Source: Raillietiella orientalis | Taxonomy: Eukaryota | DNA length: 64,000 nucleotides | Direction: 5' to 3' | Assembly (NCBI GenBank): GCA_036172245.1 | Contig: JAYWIR010000020.1 | Coordinates: 2,604,001-2,668,000, forward strand | In this document: piece by piece, positions 1 through 11,649 of the stretch | Layout: the number at the start of each line of letters is the position of its first letter | How positions within the stretch are numbered: the first letter of the stretch is position 1 | Program-made: the position numbers and the translations under genes | Notes under the pieces: generated by a model | What the model saw: only the letters and a program-made list of their open reading frames with translations | The model's database searches: none | What the model was told of the DNA's origin: nothing

Positions 1-1750
1 TTTTCGAACATGCCTGTCAGCCATGTTCTGTGAGCTTGTGGTAATGACATCATCTACCCAGCTTCTATGCATTTCAGTTTGGATTACTAATAAGATTTTG
101 TCCTGAGCAGTGTGGTGATGGGACTTCGTTGGTGTATGCAATTTTGGTTTTCCTATGTAGGTGGATTGCTTTATTTCCGTTCATCAGCTCTTGCTGTATT
201 CCAAATCCAGTGTTCCACAGCTTAATGCATGTTTGCACAGTTCTTAAGCCGTTGAAGGCTTGACATTCACGAGATGATTTTGCCATTCATTTAAAAGAGG
301 CTAGAACATTAGACAAAGAATCTGCTAATTTCATGCAATTTCGCGTAATTTTCACGACCCACCAGAAATGCATACGCAAACTCCCTGAACACCAAGAACT
401 TTAAAATTGGGTTTCCCCTCTCCTTCATAAATACGAACACATGATTTTCCAAAATGAATACAAATCAAATAAATGGAACACTTCTACTACACCAGAAGCA
501 GGCAGCCAAAAAAAAAAAAAATCCAAATTAGCATTCAAAAACTAGATTATAAAAGCACGAATTGCACTCTTTACCAACAAACTGCCACAACTGTCAAGTG
601 GTAATTCCTAACCCTGGTAAGTACACTTTTTTCTCCTCTAGTAGTTGTCCCCTTAGATGCTAAAGAAAGATATTTTGTGTAATAGTGTGATTCCTTCATT
701 CCTTCTTAGCGGACTTTTAAGGAGATAGTTTTAACTTGCAAATTTGTCTGCGAATAAATGGGCGTTGACTGATTTGTCAGACTATTTTTAGTGCTTGTGA
801 GCTGCAAACTTTGGGAAGCTGTATCTAGGTTCTGACCAAAATCTGTTTGCTTGCTATCCCATTGCATTTAAAAAGTGAAAGTGAAAGTCTTTTCGGAGAT
901 TTCCTCAATCATCTATTTAGACGATTTCCCTTCCATGGTAATCCTGATTTCTGAAGTAATTGTCTTTCTAGATATGTAATTGCGTAACGACAGGGTACCA
1001 GGTGAATCGTTTCTATCAAGGATCTTGGTACTTTGATAGTGGAGCTATTTTTCATACAATGTGTTGGTAACAGCGATTTCAGACAGTGATTTCATCTTTC
1101 ATAATGGGGTCTCTCATTCCTGCGTTGACCAGCACTTCGTATATGGACACCGGTACACTTCCTGCTATTGCCCTGATGGTTTTGCTACGTTGCATTTGCA
1201 TTTAAATTCTAGCAGTGTTCATATACGCCCATGCAGATATGCGGTCCTGTACAAGCAGTTCCTGTTTTGCACGTGAGCAGACCTTTGCATGAAATGTGTA
1301 CGGAGTAGTCAACTATTGGACTGTTCAGGACGCATTTCAGATGGCCCTGTTCGTTCGGAGAGTATCACTTCTTTCCATTGGAAAGAGTGGAGTGTTTCCA
1401 TGGGAACGTTTGCGTTGGAAATCGCAGTCGCAAGGATAGTTCCACCTGACCTCAGCTGAGTATTCTATTCACAGACTGCTAACTGTAGTTTCGAATACTC
1501 GCCTTGGAGTAATTCACCTTTTGAAGGTTTGCCTTACATTGGGGGTGAGCACCCTAGCAGCACACCAGCTGCGTCTCACTGGTGTTCCCCATTAAGTAGA
1601 GAGTTTCATCTCACTGTCAGCTGTGCATCAAAACCGTCGCTTGCAGCTCCGTCTCTTCGTGGTCGGAATTCTCGGCAAAAGGCCGGAGTCGGAACTGCTC
1701 TCGAATCTGCTCGGATTCTCTGCTTCCTTTTAATGAGTTCCTTTTAATTG
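1..1750 (-). mobile_element. Degenerate non-LTR retrotransposon RT region (RTE/CR1-like LINE relic)
   Basis: Minus-strand frames, broken by stops and frameshifts, give RT-like motifs in the correct order: CTGPHI (~KAPGPDGI), AVTNTLYEK (~LLNTLYKI), TDFGQNLDTA (~DFxKAFD), FKVLGV (~FKYLGV), HALSCGTLDL (~LTYGCETW). Boundaries are approximate. Confidence 0.55.
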
Positions 1751-1929
1751 AGATCTTAGATGAAATAACGTTAATTTTGCGTAGATTATGCAAAACGATT
1801 CCCTAGCTCTAGAAAGTTGGACTGTATACCCATTTTGTAATTTCAAAAACAATTTAAACCTCTGTTTTATGGGTTTTTTGTTTTTAGAATTTCGGCATAA
1901 TTCCTCGAGACGCGGTCGATTTACCGCCT

Positions 1930-2900
1930 TATTTCACACGGAGACCTGTTAGATGTGCAATGTGCAGCATGCGAGTCAAGATGGATGCCATTTGCTCAAA
2001 TGTTTTCATCCTTTGCTTTACTAACTGGAACCCTTTAGGCGTTCCATGATTCTCCTCTTTCATGATTGCATCTTTTGATCGTAGTTGCACTTTTAGGTCT
2101 TTCCTCTTCGTTCGCTGTTTTCCTTCCCTCCGGATGCGCTCTGCCTCTCCGAAGAGCCTGATAAGATTTGCCATCTTGGCTAAAGTGAGGATCTCTTTCA
2201 TCAGAATTTACCGGGCACTTTTAAACTTTCGAAAACTGCAATCACTTTCTCGCCACGATTTTGTGGATCCAGTATTTGCAGAATCACATGGAAACTGGGT
2301 TCCGAAACTCCCAGTGATTCTGGCGCTCCGATGGAGATGGCAAATTTACACCAGTCTTCACAAATGTCACTGGCTGTCTTCATACAGTGGGCTGGCAAAC
2401 GTGATGCGTTAGTGGCGGAATTAAAATACTTCCATGGTGCCTTGGCTCTGGGGCTTCAGTAATGAAGTGAAGTGGCCATTTGCTGGACGCTCTTAAGTCA
2501 TTTATGATGGAGTGCCCATAAAAAGTCATCGTATATGTCTTTTAGGTTGATCGAGATGAGCAGGTACATTATCAGTAATTATGAGAAGAATCTTAAAAGC
2601 AGTATTTTCTGATGCAAGCTTTTCTTCAGTCCGAAAAACGGCGTGCTGATAATCACCGGAAATTGCTTCAGGTACGTTCACATTGTTTTGCTTGCTTTTA
2701 AATGATAGGATGTCATTCTCCGAATAGGTCTTGTTGTTCCTCTTAAAGTATCGGCGCACCCATCTTTCAAATTAATGGCAGCATGGTTCCTGAGAAGAGA
2801 AGGTTTCTGGATTTTTCCAAAATAGTTATCTCTTTGTCTGGAGAGGTTCCGTGATAATCACACTGATTTTCCTTCTATCCTGATAAAGTTTGTCTTGAGG
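1930..2900 (-). mobile_element. Tigger/pogo-like DDE transposase relic
   Basis: ORF 2526..2759 has KLASENTAFKILLIITDNVPAH (~KILLLLDNAPGH of DDE_1). Downstream TSLLKPQSQGTMEVF resembles TTSLLQPMDQGVI. ORF 1929..2201 resembles the Tigger C-terminal helical region. Confidence 0.7.
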
Positions 2901-3375
2901 AAAAGCACTGTTTTGTGCATTCTTCACTTGTCAGTCCTTGGTTCACTTGTCAACCCTTGCCAATCCTCGGTTTTAGGAAAAACAGAACTCGCGGCACTGG
3001 GTGGACTTTCGCGCTTCCGCATCCCCCGTCCGAACTACAGTTTGAATGGTTACATGGTTTCTATACAAAGTGCTCATCACAGACTGACACCACATATAAT
3101 AAATAAATACACGCACTCCATGTCTGCCTGGAAGGATCGTGAGTATTAGGGAAAGAGCTGGAAGTATACCTTCATGTGATGTAAGGAGTCGAAGGGGATT
3201 CGGCATTTAATTTGTTCTTTAGGGTGACGTTGGACTCATTCTTTCTGGTAAAGTCTGACAACGTGGGGTGCCAAGTTGCCGAGATGTGCTACATTTTATT
3301 TTATTTTATTTTTCCCAGCTCCCGAGATGGCATTCTTTTGTTGGTAAGTGCACTTAAGAAATGTGCTTGAACCTT

Positions 3376-3484
3376 TTGATGCTGTCAGTGACTGAAGATG
3401 GCTGAAGATGATGTACAGGATGTCATGCTGTCATTATTCTATGAAAAGTCTATACATCGAGTTTAGGCGATTGGTTTTCCATAT
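3376..3484 (+). repeat. ~108-bp direct repeat, copy 1 (copy 2 at 4292-4398)
   Basis: TTGATGCTGT..GATGGCTGAAGATGATGTACA..GAAAAGTCTAT..CATCGAGTTTAG..GATTGGTTTTCCATAT is present at both places with scattered substitutions. Confidence 0.9.
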
Positions 3485-3552
3485 GGAAATCCTTTCTTTT
3501 CTGTCTTCGCAGTTCTTCGACATGGTTCCACGCTACCAGAGGGTGAGTAACT

Positions 3553-4268
3553 TCTTCAAGATAAGGAGTACCCCGGGAGGGGTCTGCCCTATGAATCCAG
3601 GAAGAACTCGGAGTCCGTTCCTCTCACATCTGGGGAGGGATCCCCGGAAACGGACATCGCCTCCACCCTGGTTGTCTCCGAAGAGGAATCCTGAAGGGAA
3701 TCTCCTTCCTTATTCTCTCCAGAGGACCCCCGGGTGGACTCTGCTCCATTTTTTCTTCTCTGAAGGGAACCCGGAAAGGATCTGCTCCTAGAATTTCCAA
3801 TACGGAGGGATCCCCGGCAAGAAATCCGCTTCTGTTTACTCCTCTGAAGAGAATCCAGAAGGAATGCCTCCGAAAATCAGAAGGGCGCTGCTTTCCCCGA
3901 AGGGAGCGGCTCGCTTCCCTGCACTCTCTGGAGAGGTGGTGGTGACACACCTACGCCATCAATACGACTTGGAGGGTCTCCCCGGAATAGGAACGGGGGT
4001 CCACTCCTTCACAACTGGAGGGGGAACTTCCTACTCCGTGATTCCTGGAAGGACCCGGAGGTCGACTCTCATTTGTCCCGGTCCTCATCGGGGGCAGCCG
4101 GGTTCAACAGCTACCAGTGCCGCACCCGAACGAATGCAGGCCAACCAGCGTCATCTTGCAGGAGAAACTCGGAACCCACGACGCACTTCGTCGATTCAGT
4201 TCGGAGTATTCGAACCCGCTGCGCTTTGTGGGGCCACGCGCGGAGACCACCATAACCACACGGCCTCC
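3553..4268 (-). mobile_element. tRNA-headed SINE-like element, family S, copy 1
   Basis: The minus strand starts GGAGGCCGTGTGGTTATGGTGG (A-box-like) and has GGGTTCGAATAC (B-box-like). The body is homologous to 9965-10308, 16106-16588 and 61272-62530. Confidence 0.7.
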
Positions 4269-4291
4269 GACGCGGGCTGTTCTAGAGTCTC

Positions 4292-4398
4292 TTGATGCTG
4301 TGAGTGTACCGATGGCTGAAGATGATGTACACGATGTCGTGCTGCCATTATTTTACGAAAAGTCTATGCATCGAGTTTAGCCGATTGGTTTTCCATAT
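4292..4398 (+). repeat. ~107-bp direct repeat, copy 2
   Basis: Aligns with 3376-3484. Confidence 0.9.
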
Positions 4399-4814
4399 TC
4401 AGGGTGAACATTCTTTCACGAAGTTGATGTTTTTGGCATAAAACTTGATACTGTTTTTCACACATGAAATTCAAAAGTTCGTCTTTTGTAAGAGGTTTCA
4501 CTTTCGATTAGGATAGGTCTCTTTGGAACGAAGGACTTTTCAATGCTTTTTGTTGTTGTAGAAGAGTCCTTTCTTTCCCTCCAGGTACGCACTCTTTCCA
4601 GGTACGCTGATTGGCATGGTGCTGCTAGAATCCTTGGAAGTTAGGGGTACCTATGTTGAATTTTTCTTTCACCTTTAAACCTGAATATACTCAGATGAGA
4701 AAGAATAGTCCTTTAAGAAGTTTCCAAGTGGGAAACTTCTTAATTTGAATTTTTTTTTTTTCGTGTTGGTAGTAGTTATTAACGATGAAACACCACTGGG
4801 TGGCTCCAACTTAC

Positions 4815-5178
4815 GGCATAGAGGATCTGTCGCCAGTACACTCATGTCATTTTCTGATAAGAACACACGTTCATCTTGCTGAATGGCCGAGAAGTGCTCG
4901 AGAACTTCATCTCGAGATCGGGCTGTCAGAGAATAATTTCGGTGACTAGTTAGCAATCAGCAAATCAGGAGTTTGTATTTGGATTGGGTTTCAATGAGCA
5001 AATTCAGTGGGAGAACATCACTTGGCCTTTACTTGACTTTTAGTAATGAAAATGTGTTTTCGGGATGACCCAGTTTCACTGAACCTCCTTCTGAGAATCC
5101 GTCACCACCATTTGTCTCTTTTATCATATTGCTGTAGTAGATTTGTCTCTCAAACTGAAATCGGTGTCCCATTTCCAG
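4815..5178 (-). CDS. Two candidate coding exons of an unidentified minus-strand host gene (5033-5178 or 5033-5131, and 4815-4945)
   Basis: Donors GTAAAG (5032) and GTAAGT (4814), acceptor CTAACTAG (4946), 87-nt intron. The spliced frame stays open: ..NMIKETNGGDGFSEGGSVKLGHPENTFSLLKVNHRNYSLTARSRDEVLEHFSAIQQDERVFLSENDMSVLATDPLC. No domain recognised. Confidence 0.35.
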
Positions 5179-5399
5179 CTGACGGTGAAAGTGTCAGTTC
5201 TTATTTCTCTCTGTAGAGTTCGGATCGTCGTGCAAATGTATCTCTTTTCCTTGAATAGCCAGCATAGTCTCTTTTTTCTGGCATGCCTGCGACTTAAGAA
5301 ACCTTACAGTGCATGCATTCGGAAGATTCTACAGTGACAACTTATCCAATTGGTCCTTCGGATGAGAGAAACTTCGAATTTTGTGGCTCCATAAACCAC

Positions 5400-5925
5400 A
5401 AAATTCAAAGCCTAGGCTCGTGCTGTCTTCGAAGGCAGAGTTACCACGGCTCACTCATTCGTACGTGTGACTGATTGGGTGCTGGCATGTACCTTCTGAT
5501 TTTGTATTTTCTAAGCGAATGTACGAGTCGTATCCGTGCTGCTTGTTCGGGACGTTTGCGAAGAGCTGAGCCACACGTGGTGTGACGTGTGGCTCGTGTG
5601 CTATGCCGCACAAGTGGCTTATTGAGGGGAACTAGGAGGTTCGGTGCGCTTTTGAAAAGAGCATTTCTTGTTTTGCACTACAGCCCTAGGAGTCGGCATA
5701 AAGATATGGTAGTTTGCCAATAGATATACATCTTGCATTTTCTACGAAGTTTGTGATGAATTATAGAATAAGCTGCACTGTAAGAAGGGTGCCTTGCTTC
5801 AGGGTCGGATAGACGTATCTGAAGTCGGTTTGTTGAAGGTGTTTTGAACGAGGACTCGCTGGAACAGTTTCGTGATATGTCTTTCTTCATGTGTGTGTGT
5901 GTGTGTCAGCATCCGAATGCTGATC
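5400..5925 (-). repeat. Unclassified interspersed repeat, inverted partner of ~6560-7140
   Basis: Minus strand TGCTGACACACAC..TATCACGAAACTGTTCCAGCGAGTCCTCGT matches plus strand 6565 TGCTGACACACAC..TATCACGAAACTACTCCAACGAATCCTCGT. Similarity is weaker further out. Confidence 0.55.
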
Positions 5926-6559
5926 AAACAGCTGAATAGTACAGATGACTTTACAATCTTTCTTCGAAATTTAAAAATTTCATTTGATGAGAAGCCTGGA
6001 ACCACGGTAAGGGGAGACATATCTCTCTGCACTGTGCACAAGTTCAGGAATCTGTTTTTCTGTTGTATGGTTCCACTTGGGGAGATAGTTCAAGGGAATC
6101 GATGAGATCAAGGGGTTTGAATGCTCTGAAGGGACTTAGTGAAAGAGGTGGAATGTCCACAATTCCTTCTTTTTGTCATATAGTTTGTAAGTGAGAGTTG
6201 ATGATTGGTTCTCGTGAAGAAAGTAAGGATCATCTTCAGTGGTTCATTCCAACGCAGTTTGTGAACTGGTTATAGAATACGGACGCAAATATAAGCAACA
6301 ACTATGTATCCAGGTTTAGTGAAGATGCATATTGGCATGATGTATGATTGCGCTGTCGGAGGCGGCAAAAGTGGCTTAGAGAAATTTTCCATGGTTTCAA
6401 GTTAGGTTGGCTGGACTTTTCAGCACAGCAAGTTTGCCTCGCTGAATTTACATGGCAGAAAAAACTGGATTCCATGGAAACCATTACATTATCTATATAA
6501 CCATATTCAAGCCTCAAGGAAAGATTGTCCTCTGTATTATTCTATTTTATTTTATTTTT

Positions 6560-7140
6560 CCTGATGCTGACACACACGCATACAAAAAGAGCTATCACGA
6601 AACTACTCCAACGAATCCTCGTCAAAGCATCTCCAACAGATCGACCTCGAACGCCGAGGATGTTCAGAAATGCAGGCTGGGCATTCCTAAACATTCAGGT
6701 ACCTAACCAGGGAAGTGCCAAGCAGGGAAGGAGCAAGTGCCGAACCGATCAAAGGAAAGATGTGCAATGTGCTCTTCTAAAGTATCACACAACCGCACGT
6801 TCGATCCACTCCTCTGCTGTTGGACGACGCTTGCGGCAGTCCGTGAGTTGAGCCGCACCGCGTTGATGAATGGACACTGCAATCCCTCTCTGCTGAATAT
6901 GCAGTGCCCCGGTAAATGAGAGAAAAGGGAGACCATTCCAGAAGAAAGGGAAACCAGAAGGCCTTCCTTCCCTTGGACTGCATACTCTACCGGTGGCAGG
7001 AATGCTTCCTTGCGTCGGAGCGCGCGCAGGGTCGAAGGGGCTTTTGCATTCACGTTTCCCGTGAGCCTATTTCTCATCCCCCAGTAGCTGCATTAGCAGC
7101 TCGAGTCTCATCGCCTACAGACACGTTGACCCAGTAGCTT
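6560..7140 (+). repeat. Unclassified interspersed repeat, partner of ~5400-5925
   Basis: See 5400-5925. The outer boundary is uncertain. Confidence 0.5.
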
Positions 7141-7800
7141 AGATCAAAGGGCTGCCCAGAAAAATTGGCAGCCGGTGACTTTCAATCAGGTTATACCCGG
7201 AGCCGATCTGTAGCCCCAACCCGCCTCGATACTTCCATGCGAAAATCATACTGGACGTCTCCTGCCTCTTCGAGAACTCCGCAGCAGATTTGGAAATTCA
7301 AGGCAGACCACTCCGGAAGGGATGGGATGGGAGGCCACCTGTACGAGCTCTCATCGTTCTGAATCATGGGACTCGGGAAGGATGAGCTGCTAAAAAGCCG
7401 CGCTGAGAGGAGCATCCCGGGAATGGAGACAGTACTGGACAAACGTTCAAGACCCTCACGACGCATTCTCGAGACATCATTTGGGTCACTGGCTGTGATG
7501 AACAACTCCGCAGAAACATCGGCCTTTTCTTAAGGAGTAAGTAAAGAGATCTTACTGGGGAGATGTGGGGTTCGGATACCATGAGTAGGAAGTAGAGAAA
7601 CTCTTCGTACAATGCACAGTGGGCCACTGGTTTCCGGTGTGCTCACGTCTTGCCTTAAATGGGGAGACATTGCGTTTGAGCACAAGACAAGAATGTCTGT
7701 ATCGATTTTTCCCCCTACCAAACCTGGTTTTTTCCCATCTCATCATCCCGCGGTCCCATGTGGAGGATGGCAAGGGAACCGCTGGCGAAAATTCCCTGCC
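7140..7800 (+). mobile_element. Degenerate, internally deleted LINE fragment (L1/Tx1-like)
   Basis: HSGRDGMGGHLYE resembles the RT N-terminal SPGxDGxxxEFY. KLFVQCTVGHW resembles zf-RVT HLFxxC..W. Confidence 0.4.
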
Positions 7801-8439
7801 TGTGGAATGAGACTCCATTTAGAATATGGAGAGAGGGTTTGCATCGCCATGTTTGAGTGGCAGAATAATAAAGGTAGAAGGTGGCTTCCTAATCATCCTG
7901 CCTCGAGCAGGAGGCATCATATAGAAAGCGATGTATTTAGAATTCATATGCATATGAATTTATACGCATATCCATTTAGAATTCATATGCGCCACTTCCA
8001 TATGTCTAAAGTGACTGATCGAGATCTGAGGGTAACTAGCTAAGAATTGGTACGCGCCAAAGGTCTAGTGATGTACCTCTGTATTGGGGAACGAAAAAGT
8101 TTGCCGTCTCATTTACTTTTTAGAACTTCGTACTGGGTGAATTTTTTGCTCGACACAGGTGCAGTCCACAATGCCTGTTCGATCCCCCTTTTCCGGTTCC
8201 AGACATGCGCAGAGTCTCCGTTTTTCCATTTACGAAAACAGGGAATCTCCCCTAGAGCGTAAAAATGTTTGAAACAGGCAACAAACTTATCACTGTCTCC
8301 ATAGAGACGCAGAAACCAGTTCCAGTTTCTGTCATTTGAGGAATACTGCAAGAAATTTTGTGCACACTCCTGTAGTATCCTTTTGCTTAACGTTTACCAT
8401 CTGATCAATAATGCTTAATTAGGAAGTGTGTCGATTAAT

Positions 8440-8820
8440 TCCTTGACCAAACCTACCCTTATCTCATTTCACTAACCAAACCTAATCGAATTCAATGTAA
8501 CCTAGCGTCAATCCAATATAACCTACCTAATCAGAGTTCACCTCACCTCACCTTACCTCAGCTAAGCTAACGTAACCTAACCTATCCCTATCTCGCATAA
8601 CCTGATCTAATCTAACCCCACCTTATCTAATCCTATCTAACCTAATCAAACCTATCCTAACCTAGCCTAACCTAATCTATTCCTACCTAACCCTGTCTAA
8701 CCGAATTTTTATTTAACTTAACTATTCAACTTAAACTGACCTAGCGTAATCCATCCTAACTTGACCTAATCTGATGTGACCCTACGTAACGTATACTAAT
8801 CTAACCTGACCTTACTTGAC
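8440..8820. repeat. Degenerate (AACCT/CCTAA)n pentamer array
   Basis: About 380 bp of imperfect ACCTA/ATCTA/AACCT units, e.g. TAACCTAGCCTAACCTAATCTA. Confidence 0.85.
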
Positions 8821-8929
8821 GGACCAGAATAATAATAATAATAAAAGCTATATGTCCTTTAAGTTCCCTTGCTACATGGAATATTTGATTTTCGTAGTTA
8901 CGGCTCCATATTTATAGCTAATCTTTTCT

Positions 8930-9760
8930 TAAATGGATTCACATCGAAGGTTTTTTGCCATATGTAGGAGAACAATTCCCATTCCATCTGGATGATGATG
9001 GTCTTTCTTCGTGTATCCTCCAGAGCCGTTTGTCGGGATGGTAAACAAGATAGGGCTTTCGGATGGAAAGCAGCAGAATGACATTCTAGTAAGCCGCGGA
9101 GGTAGGAAGAACAATTTCCATGTAATGAAAGACAGCAGCATGGTTTTCAGGGCTCGGTCCAGGTTCAGACTTTTGTCCAGCTTGTCGCCTCTTGCATGGA
9201 ACTTTATGGCGGACGGGAAACTCGACCGAAACATTACCGTTGGCAACCTGAACGGGTGACGGGTATTTTCCCTTGATGGTAATGTGTCGCCTTGATTCCA
9301 TGCACCCAGATTTTCCGTAGGTCCGACAAGTTGGTGGGGCAATTTTGTTTACGACTCAGCAAAGTGTACAATAATAGCACGAAACAACACAAGCCACTTG
9401 AGGTTTTTGCGTCTGGCATCTCTCAAGGCATTTCTCCACACACGGAGTGTCATTCGTCGTTCGCTTCCCACAGAGTAGAGGGAAGAAAGGATGCCACGTC
9501 TGGACAGTCGGGTTTCTTTGCTCCTGGACATTTCCAACCGTTCTGTTCAAAGTGCACCTGTATGACCATGCGGGAACTCTTCCGCAGCTTCAGTCCCGAC
9601 AGAATGTCCATTGCTGGGACCACACTCTTCGCTCTCTGCTGCTTGGCTCTTTTCATCACGATGCCCGTGATGAAGAGAGCAATGCAGATTCGGTTTATGG
9701 GATTGGGACTTTCCAACTCCTTTGAGCACCCTCCGGACAGGAGCGCCTTCCTCTTGGTGT
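8930..9760 (-). mobile_element. Possible MULE (Mutator-like) transposase relic
   Basis: Minus frames give AAEEFPHGH and VHFEQNGWK (~FP..GCxFHFxQxVWR), followed later by GAWN. Heavily degraded. Confidence 0.33.
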
Positions 9761-9964
9761 TTTCCTGCAGGCCTGCCATCGCCAGTCTCGGCTGAGCGCC
9801 GGGCAGGTGAACATGCAGAGCCGGGTTTCCTGGTTCTGCGTGTTCAGGACGCACAAATTTCATCTGCAGCATTCCTTTTCAGTTTCTGGATTCGATCAGG
9901 ATGTCTCCGTGGTAGAACATGAGAAATTCATCCTTCCTGGTGGCAAGTCGCTGTTTCACGCGCT

Positions 9965-10308
9965 GGAGGATGTGTGGCCACGGTCTCTGCAAGTGATATC
10001 AACCGTTGTGGGTTTCGAATCCCACCCGGGAGAAATCAGGCAGCGCTCCACCGGGGTTCTCTTCAGAAGAGGAACAAGGGGAGGATCCTTTTTGGGGGAT
10101 TCCTGAAGAGAAAAAATGATGGAGCAGTTTCTTCCGGTGGTCCCTCTGGAAAGAATAAGGAAGAGATTCCCTTGCGGATTCTCTTCGGAGACGACCGGGC
10201 GAAGATTCTCTTCGGGATCCCGTACCAAGCGTGAGCGAAATGGATTCCTTCCCTGAAGCCTTCCTGGATTCATAAGGTGGTTCCTCTGAGGTACCCCCTA
10301 TACCTGAA
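9965..10308 (+). mobile_element. SINE-like family S, copy 2 (internally deleted)
   Basis: Head GGAGGATGTGTGGCC.. and B-box-like GGTTTCGAATCCC, then a body ending CCTTCCTGGATTCATAAGG..GTACCCCCTATACCTGAA that matches copy 1. Confidence 0.7.
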
Positions 10309-10515
10309 ATGTCATGCCCATCCTCGAGTGATGTCCACGGTATTTAAAGAGCCCATGTGGTGGCATCGCCGACGTGCATCCCCGAAGCCTCCCCTAGCGG
10401 GACGGATATTTCTTCAGCGCTTGGCAAACGAAAAAAAAGGAAGGAAAGGCCGGAAGGAAAGCGTGGTTTCTGCAACTGCTCGCGGGCTCGCAGTTGCAGG
10501 CTCGTAGTGACTGGT

Positions 10516-10553
10516 AGTCGATGCTCTTGACAAACGTGTCAAGAGCATCGACT
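10516..10553. repeat. Perfect 17-bp inverted repeat with 4-nt loop
   Basis: AGTCGATGCTCTTGACA-AACG-TGTCAAGAGCATCGACT. Confidence 0.95.
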
Positions 10554-11649
10554 TGTTTCCTTCTTCTGCAAAGAAGGAACTTCGGGTTCTTCCATACTCC
10601 CGGATGTTTCTGGCGCCACGATAGGTGGGGCGGTCGTCCGTCCATTTTCTCATTCTGCACTTCCGCATTTCTCGGCGTGACACCACGCATGTGTCTGCCC
10701 TGAGAGAAGACCGTTATTTCAGTTCGTGGAACGAGCACGCGCAGATGCTCGGCCGTCTGGCTGAGGAAAAAAGCCGCCGGGCTTCTGGTGAGAAACGAAA
10801 ATGTGACGATGCCTCGTGCTGAGCCGGGCAAGGAGATCTAGTCGTTTTTCGAGAGATGCCAGCCATTCGTAGGCGCTTCTCCTACTTGTGCCTGCCTATT
10901 TACCAACACTTTCTTAGGTTAATTTCGTTTCCCCGCTCTTGGATCCCAAGGCCTTTCGCCCTTATCACTCGCTTCCCGTCCTAGATGTGGACCCTGGCAA
11001 GATGCGTGAATCTCGTAGCCCCCACTGGATACTTAGCAAACGTTCTCTTTGAAACTCACTTCAGAAGCGATGCACGTGTTCCAAAACTAGTCTTCTCCCA
11101 AGGGAAGGAAGGTCGAGATGCTGGATGCTTTCTCTTCCCTATTGAATCCTGATCCCTCCCGATTCTTGGGTGAGTTTCATGTGAAGCTTGCGTTTCGAAC
11201 GCACGTGAAACGGAAGTTGCTCCGCAGCTAGCGCTCTCATCAAAGGATTTCCGATATGAAGTGTCGCTCCTGTGCTGAAAAGCAGCTCAAAGTCTCTGAA
11301 GAAAGTTCCATACGCATGGTGAGCACCAGCGACTAATGTTGCTTCCCTGCGGTACACTCGGATATGGCTGATGAGGTTCATGTTGGAACCACTTGTTTTA
11401 TTTCACGCCTTTTCGAAGCTCTGCTGTGTGGCCACGTAACGTAGTGGAAAGCCGAACGTTGCCTGTCGACACTCTCTCAAAAAGATTTGCTTCTGGACCA
11501 CTGAAGCGGCAAGACTTGGTACATCTTCAGTCCCTGCATCCTGCTTCGAACAGACAGCCTGCTGTTTATAAATTTAACTGGTGGCGCACAGCTCAGTTTG
11601 CTCACCATCGCGCTCGCCATCTCTCGACCTTCCCTTGTTCTTCAGCTTG

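Noticed and set aside
3223..3342. Plus-strand 25-nt micro-exons (GDVGLILS / APEMAFFC)
   Set aside because: The splice signals are plausible but too short to distinguish from chance, and nearby exon evidence favours the minus strand.
4090..4112. CCGGGTTCAAC as a remnant LINE terminus, implying a composite SINE-LINE element
   Set aside because: The region aligns with SINE sequence at 62070-62150 and the TSD motif is single here, so this is the empty site.
9965..10030. Genuine tRNA gene
   Set aside because: Only A/B-box-like motifs, no complete cloverleaf, and it is fused to a repeated body, so it is a SINE head.
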